The notes beneath the pieces were generated by a model. It had not been told where the DNA came from. It did not search any database and saw only the letters and a list, made by a program, of their open reading frames with translations. From Dehalococcoidia bacterium (GTDB taxonomy: Bacteria; Chloroflexota; Dehalococcoidia; Lucifugimonadales; JADFKI01), in the NCBI GenBank assembly GCA_034421195.1, contig DAOUKP010000020.1, positions 145,181 through 177,180 on the forward strand: DNA of 32,000 bases. Direction: 5' to 3'. Positions 31,366 to 32,000 of this stretch are shown here, piece by piece. The translations under genes and the position numbers were made by a program. Within the stretch, counting starts at the first letter, position 1. The number at the start of each line of letters is the position of its first letter.

Positions 31366-32000
31366 ATGACTACCGCTACGAGTGTATGGACGGAAGAGAT
31401 TGTCGAGGTGGCAGGCAGCCGCCTTCAGATAGCAACAGGTGGGAGCGGCGAACCGCTGCTCGTGCTCCACGACGAGATGGGACATCACGGCGCTCTGCGC
31501 TGGCACGAGGCGCTCGCCGAAAGCAGCACGCTTCATATTCCATCGCATCCCGGTTTCGGCGAGTCGCCAAGGATGGACTGGGTGATGAACATGCGCGATC
31601 TCGCCGGCTGGTATCTGCGCGCGCTGGACGAACTCGGATTGCAGGGCGTGAATGTCATCGGCTTTTCGCTCGGCGGATGGCTCGCCGCGGAAATGGCAAC
31701 GATGTGTCCCCAGCAGTTCAACAAGATGGTTCTGGTCGGCGCAGCCGGTATCAAGCCAAGCGTAGGCGAGATTTTCGACATCTTCCTCGTAACCGCAGAA
31801 GAGTACCTCGACACCGTCTGCATGGACAACGACTCCGTTCCGGAGTTCGCCACCGTTCGCCCGTCCGAACCCTCGCCGGAGCAGATGGAAGCATGGCTTG
31901 TCGCACGCGAGGAGGCATGCCGCCTCAGCTGGAAGCCATACATGCACTACCCAGGGCTCCCTCACTTGCTGGGTCGCCTGCAAGACCTACCCACACTCCT
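31366..32000 (+). CDS. Alpha/beta-fold hydrolase (MCP-hydrolase-like), 3'-truncated by the window edge; paralog of 13884-14660
   Basis: The ATG at 31366 lies 5 nt after AGGAGA. My translation is MTTATSVWTEEIVEVAGSRLQIATGGSGEPLLVLHDEMG...HPGFGESPR...VNVIGFSLGGWLAAEMATMCPQ...SWKPYMHYPGL. It has an intact GFSLG nucleophile elbow. It is not in the ORF track because it has no stop within the window. Confidence 0.85.
   Translation, partial: MTTATSVWTEEIVEVAGSRLQIATGGSGEPLLVLHDEMGHHGALRWHEALAESSTLHIPSHPGFGESPRMDWVMNMRDLAGWYLRALDELGLQGVNVIGFSLGGWLAAEMATMCPQQFNKMVLVGAAGIKPSVGEIFDIFLVTAEEYLDTVCMDNDSVPEFATVRPSEPSPEQMEAWLVAREEACRLSWKPYMHYPGLPHLLGRLQDLPTL

Noticed and set aside
31285-31983. 232-aa minus-strand ORF listed in the track
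   Set aside because: The + strand frame from ATG 31366 encodes a clear alpha/beta hydrolase, a paralog of 13884-14660, with an SD. The minus ORF is its antisense shadow.

Overview
This is a bacterial chromosomal window with G+C in the mid-50s % by eye (not computed). Gene content and the intergenic repeat families look like marine Chloroflexota (SAR202-like), but this is inference only. The first ~12 kb is core housekeeping. It holds the tail of an Opp/Dpp-type ABC permease, the conserved thrS-infC-rpmI-rplT cluster on the + strand, and a complete minus-strand caa3-type haem-copper oxidase locus (ctaA-ctaB-ctaC-ctaD-ctaE-ctaF-ctaG, a 70-aa membrane ORF, then sco). A tRNA-Lys(CTT) at 12259-12335 separates this from an accessory-looking catabolic region. 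That region starts with a + strand block: LLM flavin oxidoreductase, alpha/beta hydrolase, HpcH-family aldolase and an enolase-superfamily dehydratase. It is followed by a co-directional minus-strand block: N-acyl-D-amino-acid deacylase, four tandem TSUP (TauE/SafE) permease paralogs, a DgoD-like dehydratase, an Eis-like GNAT and an NHL beta-propeller. After that come a hicB-hicA toxin-antitoxin pair, a ~1020-aa GT-C glycosyltransferase with two PA14 domains, a 788-aa protein made of two fused family III CoA-transferase modules, and a second alpha/beta hydrolase that runs off the window. I found no CRISPR array, rRNA, integrase, transposase or recognisable phage/defence island other than hicBA. 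The observations most worth follow-up are: the translationally coupled 4x TSUP array; the fused CoA-transferase whose N-module has Asn at the catalytic Asp position; an alpha/beta hydrolase with Phe replacing the nucleophile Ser while its paralog keeps Ser; a His/Met-motif mini-protein between ctaG and sco; nested short repeats including a 140-bp MITE-like insertion; and an unclassified terminator-containing thrS leader. All functional calls come from reading the translated ORFs and recalling family motifs. No database search was run.
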